From contig OZ024745.1 in assembly GCA_964016885.1 (NCBI GenBank), positions 97,278,001 to 97,342,000 on the forward strand: a stretch of DNA of 64,000 bases, in the 5' to 3' direction. Position 1 is the stretch's first letter. Every line of letters starts with the position of its first letter. The DNA comes from Eledone cirrhosa. Taxonomy: Eukaryota. Both the position numbers and the translations under genes were made by a program. The notes under the pieces were generated by a model. It did not search any database and was not told where the DNA came from. It saw nothing but the letters and a program-made list of their open reading frames with translations. Positions 38,900-51,415 of the stretch are shown piece after piece.

Positions 38900-39665
38900 C
38901 GCATAAGTTTACCACAGCTCTTGATTTTCACATCCAATAAGTGGCTGGCCTCTACGATAAGACAACACTTATTCTGCCCATAAAAACATATCAGATCTGT
39001 TGTATTTCTAGTGTATTGCTATTTGTATTAGAAGCTTCCGCTAACACGTTTTATATTTCAAGATATGTATATATCTTGACTGAAGTATCTTTAAAGACAC
39101 GTATATATATCTTGACTCAAGTATTCCTTTTGTTTGACCGCCAATAGCAGGAAATATGAAACATCTTTGTCAAAATATATTTGAGACTCGATACCATACT
39201 TCATGGTAAAATAATACCTTTAGAATATTTTGGAACAACTACTGATGATGTGGATGATATTTTCGACACTGGAATGACATAATCAACGTCTTCTGTTGCA
39301 GCCCGGAGGTTTGAAAACATCATTATATCTTTTATCTGCCTCTGCCTACGCCATTCTGTTTAACATAGATTATGTCTGTGTCACTGTTGATATGGCAGTT
39401 ACCACTGAGAGTTAGTGTCTTCCTAGCCTTGGTTTCCATGCTGCAGATTTCTCCGAATATCCAGTGAGGTATAACAAATTATTGTACTAGTAAACGTATT
39501 ATGAAATATGGTTTGATTGAATTACAGACAGTGCTGTCTTTGAAATCCCTTGACGTCTATTGAAATATTCCTTTCTTACCCTAGCTTTATTCCCAGTACC
39601 AACATACAAGATTTTCGTCAATTCCAGCACACCTGTAACATTCATTAATGGTGATGGAGATTTAC
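38900..39665 (-). mobile_element. Highly decayed R4/Dong-like non-LTR retrotransposon RT fragment
   Basis: Minus frames give GIDEN...NKARVRKEYFNR and EICSMETKARKTLTLSGNCHINSDTDIIYVKQNGVGRG, resembling the post-RT 'RK.LT...H..SD.DRLY..R..GGRG' motif. Boundaries are approximate. Confidence 0.55.
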
Positions 39666-39669
39666 AGGC

Positions 39670-39960
39670 TAATAATTTCTACTATAGGCACAAGGTCAAC
39701 AATTTGGGGGGAGGAGAAAGTCAATAATTAAATCGACCCCAGTGCATTATTGGTGCTTTATTTCATCGACCGGTTTTGTGTCGTGTAGCGACTGAGAGTA
39801 CAAGAATTCCCTTCTGGACAGGACGCCAGTCTATCGCAGGGTTAACCCCTAGTTATTGCTACTACTCATTGTCAGCTGAGTATACTGGAGCAATGGGAAA
39901 TGACTTACAACATTATGATCGTAAGTCCATCACCCTTACCACTAGGTCACGCGCCTCCAC
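39670..39960 (-). mobile_element. Two adjacent SINE fragments
   Basis: 39670-39772 belongs to the abundant family; 39775-39960 matches 7835-8050. Confidence 0.75.
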
Positions 39961-41024
39961 ACACTGCGAGAGACAATCAGCTTAATACCGGTAATCAATG
40001 AAACACTTGTCATATTCACAGTTCTATCACTCCTTACACAACTGATGAAATCCTTATACCTTGCTGGAGATGTTTAAGACTTGCTTTAACTTTTGTACTT
40101 TACGAAATATTTACATTATTGCTCATGGTGTTTATTAGACGACAACAGCAATGCAAATGGGATATTAAATCTTTAAAATGTAATAACAAAGATGTTGTGA
40201 TGTTACCTTGAAGTTGCTTAGTAGTCCTTATATTATAAAGAGATGTGAGGTAACAGTGAGAATAAGACTTGAGAAGAGAGAGATTAATAAAAAGGAGAAA
40301 CTGGGAGGAGAGAGGTTGATTCAATATGAATATAAAGAGGGTGGCAAGAAAGAGAAAGAAACTAAGTAGAGAACGAAAATGTGAAAGAATATGGGAAGAA
40401 AAGGAGAGAGGGTGAAGACAGTAAATAAGAAAGAGAACGAGAAGGGAGACAGTTTGGGAATGATTCTAAGTAATGGGAGAGATTCTAAGCAATTGTGAAA
40501 GAAAGATAGAATGAGGGAAGAAAGGAGCGATAGACTACGATATGGGAGGCAAAAATTAGATAATGATTAAGAGAGAAGTGAATGGGACAAGGAAAGAAAA
40601 TAAGAAAGAATAAACAAAAAGGGGGAGACCATTTCATAGAGAAGCCAAAGAAATAGAGGAAGATAGTTAAAGAAAGAGAATGGAAGAGAGGAGACAGACA
40701 AAATAGAGAGAGGGCTAAAGAAAGAGAAAGTAAAAGGTATGAGGGAGAAAAGAGTGAGATGGTTAGAGAAAGAGAGAGGAAGAAAGCTAACGATAGAGAA
40801 AGTAGTAAGGAGATGAGAAGATAAAATATTCCAGGTCTGTAAAACATGGGGAACTCAGATTAAGAATGTTCAGATTTTTAAGACATGATGTCCTGCTGTG
40901 TTTTTCACTTTTGTTGCAATCTGTTGTTGGTGGTGGTGCTGCTGGTGGTTGCGGTGGAGGTAGTGGTTGTGGTGGAAGTGGTGCTGGTTGTGGTTGTGGT
41001 GGAGGTGGTACTACTACTACTACT

Positions 41025-41200
41025 AATAATTATTGTTTCTACTTTTGGCACAAGGCCAGCAATTATCCCAGTGTATTACTGGTACTTTATTTTATCGACC
41101 CCGTAAGGATGAAAGGCAAAGTTAACCCCGGCGGGATTTGAACGCTGAACATAAAGGGCCGTAACTCTTTCCTGCAAAGCATGGTGTCTGACCCTCTACC
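41025..41200 (-). mobile_element. SINE (abundant family)
   Basis: Same diagnostic motifs as 17305-17730. Confidence 0.85.
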
Positions 41201-41911
41201 AAATAAAACTGCTGCTACTACTAGTAATACTGTTGTTGTTAAAACATGTGCATGGTTGTGTGTGTAATGTGTGTGTGTTTGTGTGCGTATGTATGTGTGT
41301 GCGTGCGTGTGCGTGCGTGTGTGTGTCTTTGTGTCTGAGTGTGTGTGTGTGTATGTGTGTATGTGTGATGGTTTGCACATAGAAATAAGAGAGAAATCAT
41401 TCAATATGTGAAACAGAATTTATTTATACATTCGCTTTTATTCAATCATCCATTCACAGTAACGCACAAAAAACAGACATATACATTCAGATACGCATAT
41501 ACACACACTCACATAAAATATTTATGTACACCTGAGCAAAAAAGGAAAAGGAAAGTGTAAGAATGTGGGGGGGGGGGGTCAAGGTTGTAGGTTGTATATT
41601 TCTTACAGAGAGATCTCGATGACCTGGTTTTCGTTCGAATCTATAAAAGAGGAATAGCAAGTCAATAGCTTTGCTAACATTAAATAAAACAACTTTAGAT
41701 TCGCCATATTTTTTTACACTGTGATGTCATAACAATGAAGGCACACAATAGATCTAACTTACTTAAACTCCATATTAACTTTACTAAGGTACTGGTTGGG
41801 AACTTAGCCAACATCACCGCCATGCGGTGGGCCCTAGGAACACATTTGTTATAATGCTTTGCTAACGAGGCCCTGAGTATGAAAAAATATGTTGATGAAC
41901 TATAAGGGTAT

Positions 41912-42120
41912 CTGATTTAGGCACAAGGCAATCAATTTTGGGGTGGAGGAAAGTCGATTAAATCGACCCAGTGCATTACTGGTACTTTATTTTATCGACC
42001 CCGTAAGGATGAAAGGCAAAGTGAACCTCGGCGGGATTTGAAAAGGCCGTAAAGAACCGTAACTCTATGCTGCAAAGCATGGTGTCCGCTACTCGACTGA
42101 TACTGCCAATCCACCGCCTT
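41912..42120 (-). mobile_element. SINE (abundant family)
   Basis: Same diagnostic motifs. Confidence 0.85.
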
Positions 42121-42341
42121 TATGTTGATAAACTATAATGATACACATACATTCATATACACACACAAACATACATACACACCGACACACACACACACGC
42201 ACGCGCATGCGCCATAAATGTTCATTGCATATTTGCCGACCATCAGAGCTGATGTTGCATGAACAGAAGAAAGAGGAAGAAGCTTTAAGAAATATTTGAT
42301 AATCAATTACACTTTCCAAGTGTCATCTTAGCTCTATGATA

Positions 42342-42522
42342 TATTGTTTCTACTTTTGGCTCAAGGCCAGCAATTTCCCCAGTGCATTACTGGTGCTTTA
42401 TTTTATCGACTCCATAAGGATGAAAGGCAAAGTTAACCTCGGCGGATTTGAACTCAAAACGTAAAGGGCTATAACTCTGTGCTGCAAAGCATGGTATCTG
42501 ACACTCTACCGATACTGCCACT
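42342..42522 (-). mobile_element. SINE (abundant family)
   Basis: Same diagnostic motifs. Confidence 0.85.
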
Positions 42523-43082
42523 TGTATATCAATTTCCGTGTATTTATAACAAAAACTAAACTACAGCCGCCATTTGCAATTGATTTCGGCTTGATAGTTT
42601 ATATTATGTTTTCCCTAAGGGTACTAGTTATTTTCCTAGATATAGTTTCAAATGTGGACAACACCGGAGGCGTGGAGTGGGGGAGACCGGCATGCATGTA
42701 TTTTCTGTACTTCTTATTTCCTTAGTTCATTCAATTGTTAACATGTCAGTTTTACAAATAAAGTAATTTTTATACTTTGGACTGTCGTTCTTTCAAAGAG
42801 AGTGAATCTACATATTTTGTTTTTAACAGCGACCTACGGCATTATCATTTTGTTTTTGTTTGTTTTTTGTTTTTTTTAGCTTTGGACTTGTAACCCTTTT
42901 TTGTGAAATTCAAATTCAATTCCTTTCTGTAAGTCGTTTTTTTTTTTGTAATATATGTTTGTTTATTAACTTTTAAATATTAATAGTTTTTTCGGGGGTT
43001 TTTTTGTAAAGTTTTTGAATGATTGGAGATATTGTTCTTTATATAAATTATAACAACATATGTTTGTGCTTCCGATAGAGAG

Positions 43083-43178
43083 TGATTTACCACAGGTACC
43101 ACAATGATATGGCTTCTCCCCTATATGAATACGTTTGTGAGAGTTTACGTTACCTTGTTGGGAGAATGTCTTTTTACA
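43083..43178 (-). pseudogene. C2H2 zinc-finger gene remnant
   Basis: Minus strand translates [32 protein letters not shown], with in-frame stops immediately upstream and a truncated second finger. Confidence 0.8.
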
Positions 43179-43399
43179 ATATTAATATTAGATTCTAAGT
43201 TGATGTCCTGTTTAAGTCAACTCACACTTAATTCATACATGGTCGATTAAATCACTAGTATCGACATAATCACCTATTTCAATATCGATATGTGTGACAC
43301 ATATCGATATCGAAGTTAGAAATTATTCAAACTTTGCAGTTGATAATGTTCAGTGATCTTAGTAGTGTACCTAGTCAACTTTTGAGGATTATTAGCTTT

Positions 43400-43522
43400 C
43401 AATATACTGTAATATACTGTAATATACTGTAATATATTGTAATATATTGCAATATATTATAATATATTATAATATATTGCAATATATTATAATATATTAT
43501 AATATATTATAATATATTATAA
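43400..43522. repeat. 10-bp minisatellite (AATATATTAT variants)
   Basis: About 12 tandem units. Confidence 0.95.
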
Positions 43523-43813
43523 GGGTAAAGACACCCTTCGGTTATGAATGACCATAGGATTTGCACCTAGAAAGTTCCCCTCTGAGGCACAAATCCGGGC
43601 ACGGTTGTTTGTGGAAGACCAGTAGTCACCCATGCATACTAGTCTCCCCTCTCCACGCTACCTATGTTACCCAAGGTATTGGCAAAGGTCGATACAGCTT
43701 GGCGCCAGTGACGCCGCAACTCATTTCTGCAACTGAGTGAACTGAAGCAACGTGAAATAAAGAGTCTTGCTTAAGAACATAACGCAAAGCCTGGTCCGAG
43801 AATCGAACTCACA
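43523..43813 (-). mobile_element. tRNA-derived SINE (family of 59473-59810), 5'-truncated
   Basis: Reverse-complement similarity to 59525-59810, including the B-box GAGTTCGATTC. Confidence 0.85.
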
Positions 43814-44399
43814 TATTATAATATACTTGCAAAGAAACATATTTAATAGCTGTCATTAGTGGCTTGGGTGTAATTATGTGACAATCTAGCAGATTACCAC
43901 ATAATAACACACAGCATCGAATTAAATGCCTTGTGGTATTCATTCCAGTTCACTGTGTTCAGTTTTCAAATCCCTCTGAGGTTAACTTTGTCTTTCATCC
44001 TTTCGGAGTTGGTAAATATTGAACCAGTCCTGGGTAGTGTATTAGAGTGTATTAGGAAAATTGTTACAGCGTAACGAGGAACCTTATCGTTCAAACACCC
44101 AAGAAACCTCCTCTGAGTACATCCTCATAAGAGGCCCGTGAAACCTGAATATGTATGAACCGTAACAACAAAAATATGTAACATTCACGAATTATATTTT
44201 GCTTTGGTACAGATCCTGCATAGAGCAGTCATCCTAAATTTATTACTTGACATTGTCTCAATATTGGCATAGGGGTGGCCTTACGACTGTTGATTAGTTG
44301 GTGTAGATACGTATGTTGATACAAGGGTGGCCTTAGGGTTAGGAGAGGGTTAGGGTTAGGCTGTTGAAGCCAGATTAGCTGCTGCACAATCCTTTAAGC

Positions 44400-44598
44400 C
44401 AGGCATATCAAACTGAGGGTCCTCGAGTGCCACATGGGTCACATATGTGTTGTTTGAGAGCCACACACGACAACTAACTGTGCACCTTACAACTAATTCT
44501 TTATATTTTATATTACGAAGATAAAACATGCTCGCGCGGTAAAACCTTTGTGCGGGCCGCAGGTGTACTTGTAAAGGGCCGCATATTTGACGTGACTG
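44400..44598. mobile_element. hAT-superfamily MITE
   Basis: Imperfect TIRs CAGGCATATCAAA / TTTGACGTGACTG and a perfect 8-bp target-site duplication CTTTAAGC (44392-44399 and 44599-44606). Confidence 0.85.
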
Positions 44599-45504
44599 CT
44601 TTAAGCCAAATGAAAAACATTTATTTTTGTTCTGCTGTGATCTGTTGTTCATTAGCCTCACCTTACCTCATGGTTGAGGATATGTTGTAATCATTTCCTT
44701 TCAGTTAGTTATGGAATTCAGAAAAGTCTGCTATTGTGAATTATCTCCATTCATAACAGCAGGGTATCAGCAGAGCCACTGCCGAAACTAAAACCAGTAA
44801 ATATCAAAATAAGAGTACAGCTGTATAGATTCGTTGTCTCGCTTACATATTCGTGAAAGACAGCATGATTGGTTTAGCTTTACATGAGTTGTTTTGATCA
44901 TAAGCCTGGAAAATAAGGCCTGCTGTTTCGTTTCCGCTGGAGTGTTTCATCCACCAAAGCTTAACTCAATGTCACAATTAAGTATTACATCTAAGAAACA
45001 AAATAGCAGCCTGTATACGGACAGTTGGTTCATATTTACAATAATTTGTGATTGAACAGCTTCTAATAGATTCCGATAAATCAATACCTAATTTTCTCTT
45101 TAATGTAGAAAAACCATTTATTATCTCCTCCCTATATTCTTCAAATTCATGGCTAATTCTTCATCCATTATCACAATCCTTGTCTATTGTAGTCATTTCT
45201 TTGATAGATTTAAGTAAAAAGTATGTGACGAGATCCACAGGTCATAGAAAGTTTAGTTGGAGCTGACAATCTGTTATATAGTAAGACGGTAAAACCAAGG
45301 AAAGTAACGGTGGAATATGTTGGCAAGTAGTAATACAAACTAAACAAAGATGCTTCCAAAAGATTTTTTAAATAAAGATGTTTTATGGATGAAGGTTAAC
45401 AAATGGTTCTTTGTTATCATTGATCAGTTTCAGGTTCATGCCAGACAAAGCTCTTAACTTTCACTCGAAACCAATCATATTTAAAACAAAGTAACTTGTT
45501 AAGA

Positions 45505-45665
45505 TGACGACTTGATACAGTCATTAGAACGTTGAATAAAATACTTTGAGGTATTTGTTTCGGCTGTTTGCGATTTGAGTTCAAATCCCGCCGAGGTTCA
45601 CTCTGTCTTTCATCCTTTCGAAGCCGAAAAAAAAAAAAAGGATCATTCCAGTACTAGGGTCGATT
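45505..45665 (+). mobile_element. Degenerate SINE (abundant family); a similar one lies at 43905-44035
   Basis: GAGTTCAAATCCCGCCGAGGT...TTTCATCCTTTCG motif. Confidence 0.7.
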
Positions 45666-46916
45666 CTTCTTCTTCTTCTTCTTCTTCTTCTTCTTCTTCT
45701 CCCCTCCTCTCTCTCTTGCTCACTCTCTCATCTTCTCTAGAAGAAATTGGTAGTATTCAGACCTAGAGAGGAGATGGACTCAGCCAAGACTCAAAATAAA
45801 TCACTAAGGTGCCCTTATAAATTCACCAGGGGTTACGGGTCTAAACATACATATATTTTGTTAAAAGCTTCTTATCCAATGAAGTTTTCGTTTTGTGTGT
45901 CACCGAAAAAAATATCTCTCTGAAAGATTTGGAAAACAATATCGTAAGTACTTGTGGCGTGATAAATACGTTTCGTTCATTGCATGACATATAGAATGTG
46001 CTTAGTTTAGAAAAAAAAAAGATTCACTGTTGATTGCAGAAATGTTAAATCCCTGCCGTGAAGAGAAGTTTCAATAATAAAATCTTCTGTCAAATTCTCA
46101 TAAAATAGATTGTGCTGGATTGAACTACATTAAAACTCAATGTGTGTATGTATGTGTGTTCGTGTGTGTTTGTGTGTGTGTGCGTGTGCGTATGTGTGTC
46201 TATGTGTGGTGTGTCTGTGTATATTTGTGGTGGATCTCCGTCTGTTACGAAGACGTGTGTTCCGGTTGTGGTGGCCAACGGAACCGCGTGGTCATGACAT
46301 TAACGTGCGAGTGAATGAGCATTCGACAAACACGTGTTAACGTAATTCTCAGAGAAATTTAGCAGGACACAGTGTGTAACAACTGTAATACTTATCGCCG
46401 AAAACGACGGAGGACCATTCCACTGCCAAGCTAATTAGGGTTGTGATGGTTTATTGTTCCAAACATTTACGAACTCACGATTATTTGTTCCACTGGTCTA
46501 TTGCAACACTTTATCACATTGCTTAGACAATTCCATGTCTCTCCAAGGCATCATACTTCAATTACGCATATTTTATTTAAATTCATAAATTAAATGATAA
46601 TTAAATTCATATATTTAAAATGAAGTATTGATTTTCCCATGCTGTTTATTGTAATTTAATACCTAAAGGCGAGATTTCAATTATTGATTATTTTTTTAGT
46701 TTAATTTTCGAAAATATTTTCCATTTTAATTATAACATCCCTTTACCAAGTATGAAAAGGGAAAGCCATTTTGTGAGACTAAACACATACACTATCGTTA
46801 TGCAGACGGATTAATATTAATTTAAAATAATCCATAAACAACGCCTTTTTAATTTTGAAACATTTACGTAGGTGTTTGTTTTTAAATGAGTGAACTCTTG
46901 CATAAGTACATGTGCG

Positions 46917-47037
<121 letters not shown>

Positions 47038-47231
47038 ATATATACATGTATATGCAGGTATGTATATTAAAGTGCTTGCCTCATTTTATGCATATTACAT
47101 ACATACAGACAGACACAGAAGCATAAAAAATAGATACAATTGCGTACATGTACGCATGTATGTATGCATATATGTATGTGTGTGTATACATATATATATA
47201 CATATATATATATACATACATATATATAAAT

Positions 47232-49167
47232 ATATATATATATAAAAGCGAGGATGTGTATGTGTCTGTGTACAACTTTGCATACCTAAGGCTTTTACAA
47301 TTACCAACCGAATTTGACCAAATTTTCTGTGCTCGTTGCGCAGGTCGCTAAGCTGGTCACACGTTGAGCAATAAAAGAATCGATATCAAAATTATCGGTA
47401 CCAAAATTGATGTAAGGGAGATAACCAACTTTATTGACAATCCTTATTAAAAAAAAAGGGAGATATCCAACTTTATTGACAATCCTTATAAAGAGAGACC
47501 TTCGTTTTCAATTTTAAAACAACAATCATCGTCGGACGAAATTTCAGAAATATAAACATCAGATTCATTTGAAGATAAATCACTAATATTATCGTTTGTT
47601 TCTTGTTTATTCTTTGTTGCACTTTCAAAGTTAAAATAACACTTGTTGTTTTAACTTGTTTCACTATATTAAGTGTTAATTTTCGCGTTAAGGGCCTAAT
47701 TTCGCAGCAGTCTCGAATTGACGAGATTTTGATGATGGTTTGTTTATCTTTGGAACAATCGTTATGGGACTTTCCATTCAAACCATTGGGACCTACAACT
47801 TTTACATTTTTAAAACTTTCATAAGCCACGTGGATACAAAAAAAAATTTGTTGCACTTTCAAAGTTAAAAAAACACTTGTTGTTTTAACTTGTTTCACTA
47901 TATTAAGTGTTAGTTTTCGCGGTAAGGGCCTAATCTCGCAGCAGTCTCGAATTGACGAGATTTTGATGATGGTTTGTTTATTTTTAAAACAATCCTTATG
48001 GGACTTTCCATTCAAACCACTGGGACCTACAGCTTTTACATTTTTAAAGTAATTTCATCCACATTTGAGGCAGGCATTGTCTATGCTTCCAGCTGTATTC
48101 GTACACATCAAACTTTTTGGACAATGAAGGAACATACTGAACAGGATTCTTCCTGGATGTCCACGGATATATAAATCTATTGATACTGTATGTGATCCAC
48201 AGGATGCGGTCAACTATCAAGTTGAATTTCTAAATTCTTTAAATCCTCCTAGTTTACCTCCTAATACATTGGTTCTGAAAGAGGGAACGCCAGTTATTTT
48301 GCTGAGAAATATCACTCCTCCAAAACTATGCAATGGTACACGCCTTGTGGTTAAAAAACTGTCTCCACTTAGTATTGACGCTACCATTCTATCCGGATGT
48401 GGAAAAGGCGAGGATGTGATAATAACAAAAATTAGCCTGACTACATCAGGCGTGGATACTCCATTCTCCTTTCGCCGAACCCAATTTCCCCTTCGTGTTG
48501 CCTTTGCGATGTCCATAAACAAGTCGCAAGGTCAAACTCTGTCCGTCACTGGAATTCACTTGGATGAACCTTGCTTTTTGCACGGACAATTCTACGTTGC
48601 CTGTTCACGAGTTGGCAGTCGAGATAATCTCTTTGCGTTTGTTCCGAAAAGAAAAACAAAGAATATCGTCTATCCTGAAGTGCTTTAGTGTTAACAAAAA
48701 ACTTATTACAGCTCTGCCTTGACTTCACCTTACTCATTACAAAACATACCAATGAATATGTCATGCAGGATATTTTGGATTATAAATTCAAAATTTAACC
48801 ATACACAGCAAAGGATGCTCTCAAAGAATAGATTTTCTCTTATTCTACTCTCATTGTTTTTTTTGTTTGTATACAACTCTGCTTTCATTACAATTTTTTG
48901 TACTTTAGCAAAACTGCCTGTTTTTTTTACAGATTTGCAACGTGTGTTGTCTTTAATCATTTGTATAACTACATCCTGTTCAGTGTTTTCCTTCATTATC
49001 AACATAGTTTTGTGTACAAAGATTGTACTAGTTATTCGTTTGCATTAATTATTGAAGACTTCTGCTTATTTTGACAGTTGGGGACAAATAATGTTCTTCT
49101 TTTACTTCCTAGCGGTATATTCTTAGCATAATTTCAAACCCTGAGCAACGCCGGGTAAATCTGCTAG
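47232..49167 (+). mobile_element. Internally deleted (non-autonomous) Helitron
   Basis: PIF1-family helicase C-terminus; 3' GC-rich hairpin ACCCTGAGCAACGCCGGGT followed by CTAG|T at 49164-49168; 5' end TATATAAAAGCGAGG merges into (TA)n; internal duplication of about 230 bp. Confidence 0.88.
48110..48688 (+). pseudogene. Helitron RepHel helicase C-terminal fragment (PIF1-like)
   Basis: EFLNSLNPPSLPPNTLVLKEGTPVILLRNI..PKLCNGTRL..RRTQFPLRVAFAMSINKSQGQTL..HGQFYVACSRV..TKNIVYPEVL. Confidence 0.92.
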
Positions 49168-49174
49168 TATATAA

Positions 49175-49535
49175 TAAATGTAATCTGAGTTTTTCTAATA
49201 TTAATAATTGTTTCTACATTTGGCACAAGGCCAGCAAATTATCCAGTACATTACTAGTACTTTATTTCATCGACCCGTAAGGATGAAAGGCAAAGTTAAC
49301 CTCGGCGAGATTTGAACTCAGATCGTAAAGGGACGTAACTATGCTGGAAAGCATGGCATCCGACTCTCTACCTATACTGCCAATCCACCGCCCTTATATT
49401 AATAATATTAATAATAACATTCTAATATTAATAATAACATTCGATTCGTTTGCAATTATGCAAACAAGCCTCAATTTTATAACCATGTCAGTAGAATGAA
49501 CCCTTCATTCTTGCTCTTGTGTTGGCATGTGAGGT
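49175..49535. mobile_element. Family-B pLTR-like fragment interrupted by a SINE (49205-49393, minus)
   Basis: Flanks match 11635-11762; TATTAATAAT is duplicated on both sides of the SINE. Confidence 0.8.
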
Positions 49536-49548
49536 TTTCTGTTTTATT

Positions 49549-49584
<36 letters not shown>

Positions 49585-49663
49585 TGTATGTGAGAGTGGC
49601 ATGTGAGTGTGAGTGTGTGTGTGTGAGTTGAGTGTGTGAGTTGGCATGTGATGTTTTCTTTTT

Positions 49664-49697
<34 letters not shown>

Positions 49698-50009
49698 GCG
49701 TGTGTGTGAGTGTGTGTGTGCATACATACACACACACATACATATATGCATACATACATGCGTACATTCATACATGCATGCACACATACACACACAGATG
49801 CTGTATGTTCATATTTTCATAATGCAATTTGAAAACTGCCCCAAAACTAGAAAGATATTTATATTTTTCAACATGATATTATTTTCAAAACCAATATAAA
49901 TATGAAATAATTAATAAACCAAAAAGAAAATAAGATAAGAATAATTACATCTTAAAGAAAGTGGCTCACATTTAATCACCTTCAGTGAATGTAGTCTACG
50001 CCAGGGGGA

Positions 50010-50478
50010 GTTGATGTTATCTGACGGTGTCCAGCGCTGAGGGTTTCAACGCTGGGAGTTTCAACGCTCAACCGTAACACCCTTCCATTGGCATGTTAGC
50101 AATGGTGGACAATCACTGCTTATCTTCTTCTCCTGGCTTCTAGTTTATCTTCTACTCCTGGCTTCTAGCTTATCTTCTTCTCCTGGCTTCTAGTTTATCT
50201 TCTACTCCTGGCTTCTAGCTTATCTTCTCTCTCCTGCTCCATAACCTACAAGAGGCCCTTTCTGTTGCCCTTCTACTATCCAGCAAGCCACTGTCATTCT
50301 TATAGCTGTGATTGAGCAGCGAATGTTTGACAACCCATCTCGACTAGAAATAGCCTTGCCTGTCATCATTTCTCCTTGCACTCATATAAATGGTATTGGT
50401 GTTTGGCACTTTGCCATCCGAAAGCTTGGCTGCATTCTTCTTCCCACGGAACTGTGGCTTACATTAGGACGATCTTCA
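50010..50478 (-). mobile_element. HERO/R2-group LINE 3' fragment (restriction-like endonuclease domain)
   Basis: Minus frame KIVLM*ATVPWEEECSQA...ECKEK..QARLFLVEMGCQTFAAQS and ATERASCRLWSRR resemble the 'ELTVPWEE...FPVEVGCRGF.AQS...AERAS.WLW' motif. Contains a 25-bp x4 tandem repeat at 50120-50228. Confidence 0.7.
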
Positions 50479-51415
50479 CAGAATCACACCTGTCATAAAA
50501 ACTGTGTAGATTAATTGGAGCAGGTACAACCCTTCTACAAGTCGTACCTTCGTATCCCAAGATTGAGGTTATTGTAGTAGGCTACTTATTGTTCTGGCTG
50601 TGGTATTTGGCTTTGCTTCCTCTGTCACGACCCCTAAATGGTACATACTTATCAATGCTACGCATAGTGGGCTGGTAGGCCTGACAAAGGGAGATGGGTT
50701 TGTTTGGTTGCGAAAGAAATTCTACTGTCCTCAGAAAATGTCATGCTATTAATCCGAACCTAGCCGTCCGCAAACTACGAAAGTTTAGGGGTATTAAACT
50801 TTGTATCAACAGATCTGGCCGAAAACGAGCGTAGCATCACGGTGAAAAATTAAAAGTATATCAGTGCTAAAAAGGTGTACAAGATTATAGAAATTATATA
50901 AAATTATAAAAATTACAAAACTTAGGGATGAGTGTTAAGGTTAAATAAATTTTAAAAAATGAATTACGGAAAAAGAAATAAAAGAAGATAAATTAAGAAT
51001 ATAAATATTAAAGTGTTAATAGTGTAATATTACGGGGGGTGAGTAACTATAATCCTAATGTCAAAGATTCGCAACAAATATATCATAGATTGATTAAGGG
51101 GTTACTTTTTGCAACATTAAACTTTAAAGAAGATTTTGAGTCCGGTCTTCTGTTGTTTTTAAATAAATATTTATTTCCGTTCCTGCACCAGTCACGTGAT
51201 ACCATATTTACCATTGTAAATGGATGATATGCATAATGTCGAGTGCTTTAATTTATTACATCATGATTAACTAACCGGAATAACTAGTTCTACCCAGTGG
51301 TAAACAACATAAGATAAATGGTATCTGTCCGTGTGTCTGTATGTATGTATGTATGTATGTATGTATGTATGTATGTATGTATGTATGTATGTATGTATGT
51401 ATGTATGTATGTATG

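Noticed and set aside
42640-42700. Candidate exon after a TTTCCTAG acceptor
   Set aside because: Sequence matches the SINE body at about 59670-59705
44332-44360. Telomere-like TTAGGG repeats
   Set aside because: Only about 3 imperfect units, too short to call an interstitial telomere
48269-48688. Host PIF1 helicase gene
   Set aside because: Intronless C-terminal fragment ending in NIVYPEVL and followed by a Helitron hairpin-CTAG end
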